A stretch of DNA of 64,000 nt, taken from Balanoglossus misakiensis (lineage: Eukaryota > Animalia > Hemichordata). Below, piece after piece: positions 15,855 to 27,961 of this stretch. Position 1 is the stretch's first letter. Every line of letters starts with the position of its first letter. The translations under genes were made by a program, and so were the position numbers. The notes below the pieces were generated by a model. The model ran no database searches and had not been told where the DNA came from. It was given only the letters and a program-made list of their open reading frames with translations. The stretch covers positions 5,937,519-6,001,518 of the forward strand of contig CM082578.2 of NCBI GenBank assembly GCA_040954595.2, read 5' to 3'.

Positions 15855-18176
15855 TTAGCCAGCAGAGAGCCCCATGACATGCAAAAACGATTGACGCAGG
15901 TAATTGATATACAAAATGTATACCGAACCGCTTTTCTCAAACCCGTTCAAAATCTTGCTTCTAGAAGTTGTGTTGTGTTGTGTATGGTGACTTTAAACAT
16001 TGAAGTCAGTTGTATAAATATGACATTGTCTTATTTTTATCGGCTAATTTGTGAATTCATAGTACTTCCCTTTATCAGTTCCTCTTGTGATTTGCTCACT
16101 TGGGGTGAACTTCACAGACAAAGAGACTGTAACTCAATGCATTGATTGAGGAATGCGCCCTCACTACACGTACTGCATACGCCGTTCGATCGGCTGTCTT
16201 CCCTTGGGGAATGAGACAAGATAGGAGGTCAGACACAGGTAAGAAATATTAGCGCAGAATAGTAGTAACCACGACGGCATATTGTAAGGGGCGCCCTCTA
16301 GATTAATTTGCTGTCGGTTTTGCATTCGTGTGGTAGAGAAAACGCATAGGGACGAGTGAGTACGAATTTCATTGGGAGTTGTGTGGAAAAAGAGGGTTAT
16401 GACATGATACTGAAGGGTTCAGAAGAGAGCAATGTCATACATTTGAAATTCAAGAATTACCTTATGCCAAATTTATTCCCTCCCTCCCTCTTTCCCTCCC
16501 TCCCCCTCCCCCTGCCCTCCCATCTCTCTGCAGCTTCCTCCCAACGATGAGTGCCCACAATCACAGCACAGCTTACTTGTACGTTTTGGCTTCACACGCA
16601 CGCCAACAAATTTGTTTGGCACAGCTGTGAGTCGCTGTTGCTAAGCATATTATCGACCGCGCCCGTTTGAAGAGTACGCGTCCTCTGCTACCACTGTCTT
16701 CCCTACATGCACAGTACGTGGCAAAGGCTTTTTCGACAGCAAATTACACTACTGATAACCCTGGGAGGTAAGCAACTCTCAGGCCCGGGGATCTAACGTG
16801 TTCGCAGGTGACCTTTGTATTTTATGAGATATCTTTATTTGCTATTATCTTCGGATGCTCTACTCTGTCCGCCCAGAAGCCAGCCTGACCTGCCCTACGC
16901 AACGACCACGGCATGTACTTCTGATCACATGATCGGCATTGGATCATCTTCGGCCAGGCGAACTTGGTACATTTTGTATCTCGGTCGTCTGAAGACGAGG
17001 TCTTTAGCGATTTTCAGAATTACACACTCAAAGTCATCGTCTCTGTGTGCTCAATATTTAAGGACACTATTCTGTCTTCAGCGCGAATTCTGTTGTAAGA
17101 TATAGATGGTATTTACGTGGACTGGTAAGTGGACATATATGAGATGGACGATATTTAAACTCATCGTGTGTATAGGAATCATTTATTTTTCTTTCAAATG
17201 TGCACGGTCCGCTTAGATTTTTTTTCTTCCCACAAAACACTTGGATTGTCGACAGTTCAGTGGATCTGATATAAGCAGAAATTCCACCTCCCACCCCCGA
17301 CATTTGTAGACGTCAAATGGCCCGCCTTCCGGGCGGAAGCGGGCGTGGTGACGCTTAATTTGCGGAAAGAACACCGGCAGATTGCCAGGTGACATGTACA
17401 ATTATATTTGTTGGGAAAGGTTTTCACATATTGGTCACAAAACCTAGGTTTGGGTTGGGTTGTGAGCATAGATTTTTACGAACAATCGTATGACCGTAAA
17501 GGGCATTTCATCCTGTGTGTATTTATTCATACGTTAGCGTCAACTAATTATTTCCGCATACCTGAACTTTAGCTACCAGTCAAGTGTGCACCTGGCACGC
17601 AGCCTCTAAATAGGCGAATAAAGCCTTCGCTGGGATTACCCACATATTTTAAAAATAATGTATCTCAATGTTATTTACCACTGGCTGCAACGGTTGGAGC
17701 TACCTTGCAAATGTGGCCTATATATAAACGGGCAAACTAATTGTGTATAGATACCGTGTGGGATTTTTCTCCTTCAACACAAGCGAACATACTCGAAGCA
17801 GCAAGGGCAAGCCATTTTAACATTATAGCTCTGGTATACTAGCAAAAAGCAATGGCAACAAAGCAAATGAACGCTAATTCAAACTGACTTGACCAATCAT
17901 CGGCGACCACATCGACAGTCTTTTGCATATATCTCCAATTATTGCCATAAAACAGTAAAAGTTGAATGTTCGCAATCATAAAATTTGACAGAATTAATTC
18001 AAAAACATGTCTACGCGTTTTAAATGCCATAAGTCATTGAAATGCATATTTATGTTTTATACACAACTTCAAGACACCAAATTTAGCTCCAGAAGGCTAC
18101 CACTCACTGTGCCGTCCGCGTGTTTAACAGACAGGTTGGCCTTTGGTGCCAATCGGGGATTATGGAGCTGGGATAG

Positions 18177-18602
18177 AGCCTCATGAGCTGTAACTCTACT
18201 CGCTTTAAATCATCTCGGATATGCTTTTATTTATCAAATGATATTCCTTCATAGTACATCAGTATTACACTTATTGATAAACTTATTTATGACAAGATGA
18301 CCAAAAAATAAAAGAAATATCAGTACAGTCATAAATTCCCGCAATCTTTAAAAGTTAAATATTGCAATGAAAAATAAAATGCAATGTCTTAGTGGGGTGT
18401 ATTAATTTTACTTCCATATGTTCTAGTGGCTCATATAGCGCTTTGTTTATGAAGTTTCAAAGTAGGAAGTGCAACGTTGTCTTTGTATTTTGCATTTTCA
18501 CACTGCGGAGGCCATCATATTCCTTTAATGTAACGGAAAATATTTACTCGGTTTGAAATTAAATGTCATGATAATTTCCCAGAGGTTGCATCTCATGGGG
18601 CT
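18177..18602. mobile_element. Diverged relative of the 94-599 MITE
   Basis: TIR AGCCTCATGAGCTGTAAC / GTTGCATCTCATGGGGCT-TTAA. It shares internal blocks with 94-599 (ACTTATTTATGACAA, AATATTGCAATGAAAAAT, TTTGTTTATGAAGTTTCA). Confidence 0.7.
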
Positions 18603-19057
18603 TTAATAATCACTCGTTCTGCAGACATGCAAGACAAGGTCAAGTACCTATAAACAATGGGTCACATTTTGGCGCGATAAAGCTGCACGGGTGTGCAGAG
18701 CTGGTGTCGTCAACGTCGAGAGTCAGCCATGCACGCGACGCTATACTATGTTAGATGTATCCCGCCCGTCTTATAGCCAGTATTGCGTGGAGCGGATGAA
18801 AAACCCAGGATTTTTATGAAGATTACCGTGATAGTTTTTACGGGTTTTTTTTCGCCCTTATTTGGCCACATATCGTGTCTTAAATTGAATCATGCCAACA
18901 TGGATAATAATTATGTGTATACTGTGGCGGTGTACTTATAATGGTGTGTAATAAATATTGTTACTATTTTACCGATACATTTACTGATCAAATGGGGGCA
19001 CAGTGTCCCTAACGCTATTTTACTTGCATCTTTCAGGATACTTCGACGACTGTCAAG

Positions 19058-21391
19058 ATGAAGATGATCATTACCCTTATGATTAGCCTTACAGTGGGCC
19101 CGTTCATTACAGAATCGTCTTGTCCCAGTGTTTGCGAGTGTGACGCGACAAAAGTGTCCTGTGTTGACAAGGGTCTAACAGAGATCCCGGACGACATTCC
19201 GTCGGATACCACTGTTCTTGATTTGAGCAGGAATCAGTTTGACGTAATCCACAATGACTCCTTCGACGGCTTGTTGAGCTTGGTCAGCCTAACGATCAAC
19301 GCAAGTGGCGTGAACGCGTTGGAAGAAGGGGCTTTCAATGGCCTAACCGCATTGAGAATTCTCAGGCTGGATCGCAACAACCTCAGGAACGTGCCAGCGG
19401 CTGTCTTCCATCATTTAGCCTCGCTCAACGAAGCCATCCTGTCGAACAATGTTCTGGATGACCTGCCGCCGGAATTGTTCAGGAACAACGTCAACCTGAC
19501 CAAGCTTGACCTGAACACGAACAACATAGGCATCCTAGCAGAAGATACGTTTCGCGGCCTGCAAAACCTGCGGTTTCTCCAACTAAAGGCAAACAAGCTA
19601 GAATCCCTACCAGTTTCATTGTTGAACGGACTGGACCAGCTGCTAGAAGTTTACCTGGATGCGAACAAGATATCGTCGCTCTCTGAGAAAACCTTCGTCG
19701 GGCTTGAATTGCTGCAGATTTTGCATCTGTCCACAAACAGACTGCGCGTCTTGCCAGAAACGATATTCTGGCAACTACAGAGTCTCTCGAGTTTAACAAT
19801 CGACAATAATGAAATCATATCATTGCCGAAGGAGATATTTTTCGGAATGCACAATTTGAAATATTTGGACATGAGTCACAATCTAATAGCGGAGCTTCAT
19901 CCGGACGCCTTCCGTGACGCAAACAGTTTGGAAACTTTGGATCTAAGCGAAAACGAGTTAAAATGTCTTTCGGAAAAACAATTTCTCGGCACCCAGTATT
20001 TGGAGCTTTTGCATCTCGAGGGTAATTCTATAACTTTACTTCAGCCAACCGTCTTCGCCAGTCTTCGGGATCTGAGGCGGCTTTATCTCCGCATAAATTC
20101 ACTTGCTGCGTTGGACGAGCGTATTTTCGCCGGATTGGTGGGGCTTGAAGACTTGTACATCGATCACAACCAGCTTTCGTCTCTTTCTGGAAACACCTTC
20201 GACGGGCTAAGCAGCCTGACGCATTTAGAGCTCGACCACAACCCTTGGTCGTGCGACTGTCGCATGAGAGATTTTACGGCGTGGCTTAACAACACAGACG
20301 TGGCACACACTGAGACCGGACAGTGCGCCTATCCAGACCGCCACCGGGGGAAAGACATGGGCTCGGTTCCCATGGACGACCTCTCCTGCTACCCTATTCC
20401 CATTTTCCACTCCCCGTTCAAAGCTGTCGCGGCGACCGTCGGCGACGACGTCACGTTAGAGTGCAACGTCAGCGTCACTGCAAACATCAGCAGGTACTGG
20501 ATCACTCCGCACATGAGCATCGCGTTTTCCAGCGTTGGGGGTGCAACGAACTGCACAGACGAAGGATTTGAACTGTCGGAAGACGGCACCTTATTGTTGA
20601 CATCTGTCGGCATTGAGGAGGAGGGTGCCTATACCTGCATAGCTTCCAATCTTGAAGGGACGGCGGCGGGCGTGCGCGTCCTCCGTCTCCAGGAAGCTGG
20701 TCGCACAACTCCACCTCCGTACCCCTCATCCGTGTCCTCGCCCTACCAGACAAGAGGGGAGGGAAATGCGACCCGGGAAATTCCAACCGACTACGTGCAC
20801 ACCACTTTGAATAACCCACAGGTTACAAATGCCACTGCAGATAACATTTCAGCGTCACCCTCTACTACCACGCTGACTGCACCTCCGAGGTGGCAGACTC
20901 GGCACTCAACCTCAGCACACAGTGATGCAACTGATGTTCGCTCGTACACGACCGCGCAACACACACAAGCCACACCCGGGGTCGACCCTGCAGAAACTCA
21001 ACTTAACCAGTCCCTGTGGGCGTTTCTGGGAGGACTTGCTGCGGGCGTACTGACCGTCCTTCTTGTCGTCCTCGTTGTTCGCTGCCGCCAGCTGAAAATT
21101 ATCAAAGCGACCGACAGCGGCCTCACAGATGTCGCCCACTCGTCTGATTCGGGAGACAGGAGAGAGACCAGAGGTGCCAACAGACAGAGTGTACACGTCA
21201 TCTCGGAAGAAACCCCATACGAACAATACTGCAGACACTGCTCGCCCCACTCAGACACCGCGGATGTCATTTACGAAGACCTTCCGGATATGTATCGTTT
21301 GGATTCGCTGTCGGGATATACACCACTGTCGCCTGAGTCGATGCGCTTGGATAATACATATGCCTCGTTGAAAACACATAACCCTCGCTGA
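19058..21391 (+). CDS. LRR + Ig-domain type I transmembrane receptor, 777 aa, single coding exon
   Basis: Signal peptide, LRRNT (CPSVCECDATKVSC), about 14 24-aa LRRs, LRRCT (NPWSCDC), Ig domain (VTLEC..W..EGAYTCIASN), Ser/Thr-rich stalk, TM segment (LWAFLGGLAAGVLTVLLVVLVV) and a Tyr-rich tail. A splice acceptor TTTCAG at about 19037 implies a 5'UTR intron. Confidence 0.93.
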   Translation: MKMIITLMISLTVGPFITESSCPSVCECDATKVSCVDKGLTEIPDDIPSDTTVLDLSRNQFDVIHNDSFDGLLSLVSLTINASGVNALEEGAFNGLTALRILRLDRNNLRNVPAAVFHHLASLNEAILSNNVLDDLPPELFRNNVNLTKLDLNTNNIGILAEDTFRGLQNLRFLQLKANKLESLPVSLLNGLDQLLEVYLDANKISSLSEKTFVGLELLQILHLSTNRLRVLPETIFWQLQSLSSLTIDNNEIISLPKEIFFGMHNLKYLDMSHNLIAELHPDAFRDANSLETLDLSENELKCLSEKQFLGTQYLELLHLEGNSITLLQPTVFASLRDLRRLYLRINSLAALDERIFAGLVGLEDLYIDHNQLSSLSGNTFDGLSSLTHLELDHNPWSCDCRMRDFTAWLNNTDVAHTETGQCAYPDRHRGKDMGSVPMDDLSCYPIPIFHSPFKAVAATVGDDVTLECNVSVTANISRYWITPHMSIAFSSVGGATNCTDEGFELSEDGTLLLTSVGIEEEGAYTCIASNLEGTAAGVRVLRLQEAGRTTPPPYPSSVSSPYQTRGEGNATREIPTDYVHTTLNNPQVTNATADNISASPSTTTLTAPPRWQTRHSTSAHSDATDVRSYTTAQHTQATPGVDPAETQLNQSLWAFLGGLAAGVLTVLLVVLVVRCRQLKIIKATDSGLTDVAHSSDSGDRRETRGANRQSVHVISEETPYEQYCRHCSPHSDTADVIYEDLPDMYRLDSLSGYTPLSPESMRLDNTYASLKTHNPR

Positions 21392-21441
21392 CGTTAAACA
21401 AAGAGACCCACATATCTACATGTATTCCGGCTATAGCTTAA

Positions 21442-21615
21442 AGGTACATGGTCACTCCACTTTACATATGTCCATATATGGCTAAAATGGTGTGTTCTAA
21501 AGAACATATGGTGGCGCTGTTTATTTCACTTGTGCCACCGACTGAAAATCTGTGATTGGCTGGATCTCAGTTTGCCATGGTAGCTGTAGCTAAATTCACA
21601 GGTGACCGTATACCT
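21442..21615. mobile_element. Short TTAA-flanked MITE (Kolobok-like), 50 bp past the LRR-gene stop codon
   Basis: TTAA-AGGTACATGGTCAC...GTGACCGTATACCT-TTAA. Related copies at about 37940-38108 and 58506-58679 share TTTACATATG(T/C)CCAT and GGTA(A/G)CTGT(A/G)GC. Confidence 0.8.
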
Positions 21616-22297
21616 TTAATTGAGGGAGGTACATAATCACCATTATATGTCAACAGCTCAGAATTTCGATAGATAGTGACAGAAGAAACAAAATCTGGTG
21701 TTCACATTGATCTTTTAAAACTCGGGAGGCGAAGGTTGGCAAAGGATCTACTGCACATACACTAGGGGTGTATCTATGTGATAAGTATTACTGCCGCCTG
21801 GCGTGTGATGTGACCCATCTGGCTAGTAAGAGCAGCGCCCTCTCGCAGCCATATTATGGAAATGAGTTACTCTAGAATGAAAACCGTTTTACACCAGATT
21901 TGATCATAATCTCGAGACACGTACGCCAGTGAACAATTATGCTAAAACTTTATTGTGTGTTCAACTATTTACACAACTTACACATTATTGAAAAGTTTAA
22001 TTTGTAAATTATGCTCGGTCGGGTACTACTTCTAATGGCAAGTTTTTGGTAATTAACAAAACATTATTCACATCATATGAGAATACTGGTAAGTTTCTGA
22101 GTATTTTCCTCGCAGTAGCTTAATGTACACATATCCTGGGATACATTTGGCTTTGCAAATAAATAATACATACATAAAAAATCAGTACATACGCAGGACA
22201 TTATAATGCATTTTCCCGATTAAAAAAATGTAATATCAGTCACAAGGGCGACCGTTGGACAAGCGAAATTTATACTCAAGTCACAGAGCTTTGTAAA

Positions 22298-22566
22298 AGG
22301 CAGACGATCGTCTTTTGCGCATGTGCGTAATTTCGTGTGTACAAACATTACGTCCGATTTCATGCGCACCGTAAAAGAAGACATGCGTTTTGTCCCTTCT
22401 TTTCATCGAATTTGCCGTCTTTCCCGGCCTCCGACACAGACTTTGATGGTCGCCGCCATCTTGTATGTTGTTGGGACAGCGCACAGTGCCTTATGGCGTT
22501 GACTGTATACAATTTTTGTAGCCAGAGTCTCTGGTTTGGCACATGCGCATAAGACGATCGTCGCCC
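22298..22566. mobile_element. MITE (Kolobok-like), relative of 38521-38830
   Basis: TIR AGGCAGACGATCGTCTTTTGCGCATGTGC / GCACATGCGCATAAGACGATCGTCGCCT with degenerate TTAA flanks. The interior matches 38521-38830 in inverted orientation. Confidence 0.75.
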
Positions 22567-22975
22567 TTCAACAAGTCAGGTGCCTGGGAGACGGATCTGA
22601 ATGCACTGGTGGACGTAATCCATGAGTTCTCGCATTTATAGGAGAGTACAGTCATCGAGCAAAGGAGCTGCTGAACAGCAGTGGTTAAGCAGTGGCCCTT
22701 TACTTGTGTCACACACCAAATACACGCGTTGTGTTCACTTATATCTTGAAAACTATCTGACGTCGGGCAATGTCCACATATGCTGGCACGTGTTTTCAAA
22801 GGTTCGGTTCCCTAAATTCAACGCCACGCGCACGCCCGTCGTCTCCTGCTTATATTTCTCTGCATAGCAGACGTATATACTGGATGGAAGTGCCGTGCGA
22901 TATCACGATGTAGATGACGTTTATTTGGGTCATCAGCAAGTGCGAACAGTATCCAATGACATATACTTGAGAACA

Positions 22976-25900
22976 TCAGTAAGGCCACTTATAAACCAGA
23001 GCTTCTTTTGGCATTCCTGGGAGAAAGGCGAGGCCTCTGGATACTCCCCCGTGTCCTCGTCTCTGGCGACTGACAAACGCACTCCACGATCCCCACGTAA
23101 ACCACGGCAAGAACACCTTGGAACCTGTTTGTACGGGGAAATAGGTGAATTGGTAAACGTGTGTACAAGCAGGGAGCTATGCTAAAACACAGAATACTGG
23201 GGATGCTATGGGGAGAAGACCAGGAAACTAGTGTTAAGAAAAATACAGATCATTGTTTTAAAATGACAAAAACACTTCGCTTCTGCGTGAAAGACATCAT
23301 AGTAGTAACTCAATCGAAAGGTGACTTCATATGGACCGTTTTCTATCATTTCCAGACAACGAAGTTTCAAAGTCAATTTAACAATATTCGCACTATATAC
23401 TGAGGGCAATTCACGGCCACTGGTAACTCTTGATCGAAAACAGAGGGCACGTTTTTTCCGTTCACGATGGAACGTAAAGAAAAGAAGAAAAACAACACAC
23501 GAATACACCCAGTGCGAATCTCGCAGATCCGCTACGTTCATCCTATACCGGAAGTACAGTATTTGAAAATGTCGCTCCTAAAATACCGCTCTCTGTTTAG
23601 TATTTCGACAGACTACTACATATAAAAGACATGGAAACTAGTGAAGTGAACATCAAAATACACCATTCTAACCACTTTTTACGGGTTGCACACAAGTGCC
23701 ACCGCGTAATGACGCACTTCCGGTCACCAGATTCGCAACGGGTGTCATCATGAAATCTCGGACTTACGGAAACAAATTTCTTGTTCAATGAGTGAAGTGA
23801 CATAAGTAGCGTTGACGTAAGGCGCCATCTCGCTGAACTTCATGATATCACCCTGGCTGATCACTTTCTCGGCAGAGAGTTTAGCTTTTAAGTCAACCAA
23901 TATTTGCTGAAAGGAGAATGACGATATTATTGTTATAATACGTGACAAAAATTACCTGTTGAGGTCCAATATTCGGAACATATTTGTCACGAGTAAATTT
24001 CAACTACATGTAAGAAACGAATCTGGGCAGGCCGTTGTATTATTTTCATGAAAAACACTGCATATACCATGTGATCAGTCACGGGGAGATATCTGCTTGA
24101 AAAGTGAACCAAACGGTTGACAAATGTTTACCTGTTCGAAAGTAGGGTGCGCTACGTACATGCAGCTCAAGTTCATGCTCTTCATGTAAGCGAGGATGAC
24201 GTCAGAGATATTCGGCGACAGTCTGATCAACGTTTGAACGTCTTCTAGCATGTCGCCTTTGCATACTTTGAACACGATACAACTGTTAGGAAAACAAAAT
24301 CAACTTGTAACGACTTTGTAGGCTTTAGCCTATGTATAATTGTTAATCAAAAACGGGTAGTACACAACAAAAGTGGAGGATCAATTTTGCGATACAATTC
24401 GGTAGATACGACTGAATGGTGCCCTACTGGTTTTGCATGTTTCAATGGTACAGTTGGGTATACTTATTTGATTTTAAAACATAACATGATTATTTCTGGT
24501 TCTTTTTACTTTCTGGTGCGCATATACTACTATGATAAAATAGGCAAATTATTTTGCAATACATGTATTACCACTACAATCGATTATGGTGCGTAAGATT
24601 AACGTTCACCAACCTTTCCCCGGTTTTGTTTCTCCAATGCATGGCAAGGTACGGTTCTCCACCACAGATTTTCTTCTCCAGTCTGTCTACAAGTTCCCGG
24701 ATGTAGGGAGCTTTGGCGAGCCCCACAGCGGCCCGGTCTTGCAGCGCTTCCGTGTCCGGAATGTCGATCTTGATCTTGTTCGGATGGTACACAGCCACGC
24801 AGCGCCAGCTCTCCAAAGATTCCAGGCGCTCTTGGTACTCTTCTTCAGACTTCGGTATTCTCGTCGAGTTCGGCAGCAATATCCCGAGGTTTTCTTCGTA
24901 GAAGCTCCGGTACTCCTCGTACATTGCGACGAATTCCTCCATGGTTTTGTGCACGTTGCTCCGGAACGGGTCGATCACGAGGCTCTCGCTGCATATGTGC
25001 CTGCCACATAAGCGTTTGAAGTTGTCCAGCGTTACAACGGGCAGCAGCCTGCTCAGAGCGCCTCCGTCGAACGTCGAATTGAAGGGCACTAATTCGTTCG
25101 ACGGCGTGTCCCTGTAGTGGGTCTTCATGGGCACCATGGCAACAGTTCTGTGAAAGTGCATTGCTAACTGAGTCGCGTGCCTCATCTGTCCCATCCACCA
25201 TCCCGGTCCGTTCCAGTTGTACTCGATCAAAGGCAGCAGATATTTTTGGTCCAGAAAATGTCCAGGAGTTGTTGGCGCCTTCGCGTTTCTATCGAAACCT
25301 CTGGGCGGACTTGAGTCGGACCTGACTATCTATAAATTTCGAAAAAGGAGCACAATTCACATCATAACTTTTATGAAGTAATTGATTTATCGTGTGACCA
25401 TAGAAATCTCAGTATAGTCAGAAGGGCCGGGATATGAGTTATCAGGTGGGATAGACACAGTCTCCCTAAGAAATATGGAGGGACTATGCAATAACTAAAC
25501 CACTCGTACAAAAAGCCTTCATCAGTTTCTTGTTCGGATTAGAAGCTCATTTCCTTTTAAAACATTTTTTGCTATTCGACTATTTTAAAACAAATTATCC
25601 TGAATTTGACCAGCCTTTACACAGATGCATTGTTCACAGTAGTGTTTAAATTATACTTAAAATTTAGTGGATATGACATGCAGATCATAGCTTATTATTG
25701 ATTTTTGCATGGCCCATAAACTGACTGCACTGAATTTGACCAAACATTTACAGCTACATTGATTATAGTGATGGTTAATTTGTATTAAAGTGTGACGGGC
25801 AGATTATGTGCACATTTGCATGTTCAACAGTTTTATTTTCAATGAGCTTTTGATCACAACTCACTGTATTTAATGATATTGGTGGTCAATTACGTTAGTA

Positions 25901-26168
25901 GTTAATTACTAGCTGTAGCGACGTTCAGGGGATTGGGGAAATAATGCAGTAACGTGCCGTGTCAAGGCCAACTACACAGTAACCCAACCTTCACACGGGT
26001 GGACTTCTCATCATTCCGGGAACGAGCAAATGATTTATCACAGCGGGACTATAACCCGAATTTCACCCTAGTGGATACAAGCAGGTTTATGGTACTTGAT
26101 TTTGGGAGTGACACACAAAGTAAATACGGTAGCGCGGATATTACCCACACGATTTTATAAACAGTCAT
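22976..26168 (-). CDS. O-fucosyltransferase-like (POFUT/GT-B fold) glycosyltransferase; candidate first exon carries an in-frame TAG (possible null allele or pseudogene)
   Basis: Exons 25329-24614, 24282-24132, 23906-23768 and 23124-22976 splice in frame. Motifs: KYLLP, LAMHFHRTVAMVP, YLAMHWRN, SLIEQEICFRSKVFL, GSWSAFV. The candidate exon 1 (26168-25989) encodes a hydrophobic N-terminus and is phase-compatible but has TAG at 26051-26049. Confidence 0.75.
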
Positions 26169-27009
26169 ATTTCTCCACGAAGATGACGGGGAAACTCGTA
26201 AAATCCTTAAGTCCCTTATATTTTCATACAGGTGGCTGTCTGATCTTTATATTGCACTGAGCCAACCGAATTCAATTAACCTTGCTGGAGTACTTTATCG
26301 ACAGACAAAATGTATTGCTGAGAAATGCGTATAAAAATCAAATATTAAAACTTAAGTGTGATGATGAGGTCATTTTCGTGGCCGTTACTGGCTAGGAAAA
26401 CCACTGACTTCGCTCTTTCTGTCAAAACATCAAGATAATTTCAAGTGGCCGACGCTGCGCCAAGCTAAATCCGTTTGAAACTTGGGGGAAATGGCTAAGT
26501 TAGAAATACACCTACCACAAATTGTACATAACAAAACAATATTAAGAACGTCATCTGGAAAAAAAGATTTATTAGATGGTATGTCATCCTTGTCACACCA
26601 GCGCTTCCGTTGTAACATGCGAAACCAATTAAAATGTCACAGTGAAATGTGGACAAAATCACCGTGTAATTTGCCGTGAGCTTACTGCTTTTCAACGGTT
26701 ATAATTAAAACTTTAAATTTAATAATGCGGTTAGACAAAACACAAAACATACATTCAATAATCGAACTCTCGGTCGTGTTCTGCCTAACATTGATGTACT
26801 AGTATGTAACAGGCTGACTGTTCACAGGCCATTTACAACTGCGTGATGGTGCTTGGCAACCCGTTCTAACAAAGGTTGTTTAGGACGCTTGGCTCGCGAA
26901 GTTGATGCGGCTTAATATTGCGAAATACCGCTTGTCAATTCAAGGAGGCCTGTCACAATTTACCATGGACCCCCGAGCGTCTACGATTTGACCGAAGGCG
27001 AGTAGTTAA

Positions 27010-27961
27010 GGTGGCATTGCATGAAAAGTTGTGATTTTTGCCAAATTTGACTTTTTTTACATAAATTTGTATGTCTAATACTGACCCACATCCTGACTAA
27101 TACGTCTTGGCGGAAATGGTGCATAATCACCCAAAAATAGCACTTTTCTGAATGAGTCCGCAGCTTAACAAATACATGTAGGTGTCAACAATGCAAATTG
27201 CCGTTTTTCTGAGTTTGCATTTTCGCTGCTTTTGACAACTTCAGAAATATTTAGCTTCGCTCTGCGTTGGCCGAATTTAATTGCTCAAATTTTAACAGGG
27301 GATTGTGTATGACCCATCCAACAATACGATTTTGTTAGTCGATAAAGTGTCCCTGGCGGGAATAAACTCTGATTCAATACAACTCATCGCGAATTTGATC
27401 AAATTTTCTAAAAATCTAACTTTCAAACGCTGTTACTCCTCAATGGAAGCAGATAACGCAAAACAAAATTTCTTCTATACAGCATACACTCTGAAAATTG
27501 CACTATATTGCTTCTAGTTGCAATGTGTGTCGTTTCTGGAATAAAGCAATAGGGGCACTCGCATGCATCAGTGATTTCGGCTGCCATAACAACCTACAAT
27601 ACCGCATTGCTGAAAATATGTGGATACATTTGGAGCATCCATTGTCGATCGCACATACCCAAACACACCTAGACCAATGTTTAGTAACTATGTTATTGAT
27701 TTATGGCCTCTTACCCGATGTGATCCCACGTCTTCTGCGACATCCGGGGAGTGTAGTTGGCCTGCAGCGTCAAGTTTGAGAAACATTAGTAAAACCATCA
27801 TCGATGATGTGACCACCAGAGCAAGCAGAAGTTCCAGTCTGCGACGATACAGGTTCGCCATTTTAAAGACTGTCCCATCCGATGTAGCCTGCGAATTAAA
27901 AAAAGATTATGCTTTCCTCATATAATGAACGTTTCTATATAATAATATGCAAAATACCACA
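27010..27961. mobile_element. Possible degraded TTAA-target non-autonomous transposon
   Basis: Left end TTAA-GGTGGCATTGCATG with a weak inverted match TATGCAAAATACCACA at the right end. The right boundary is uncertain. Confidence 0.35.

Noticed and set aside
16815-17401. Coding-looking minus-strand stretch between the AKR and LRR genes
   Set aside because: The best frame has several stops and I recognise no homology.
21831-21850. CTCF-like motif (also 41785-41804)
   Set aside because: Partial matches only, which cannot be told from chance without PWM scoring or ChIP data.
23206-23725. 111-aa ORF and CCGGAAGT/ACTTCCGG ETS-like motifs inside the last FucT intron
   Set aside because: No recognisable protein, and short motifs alone do not support a nested gene or promoter.
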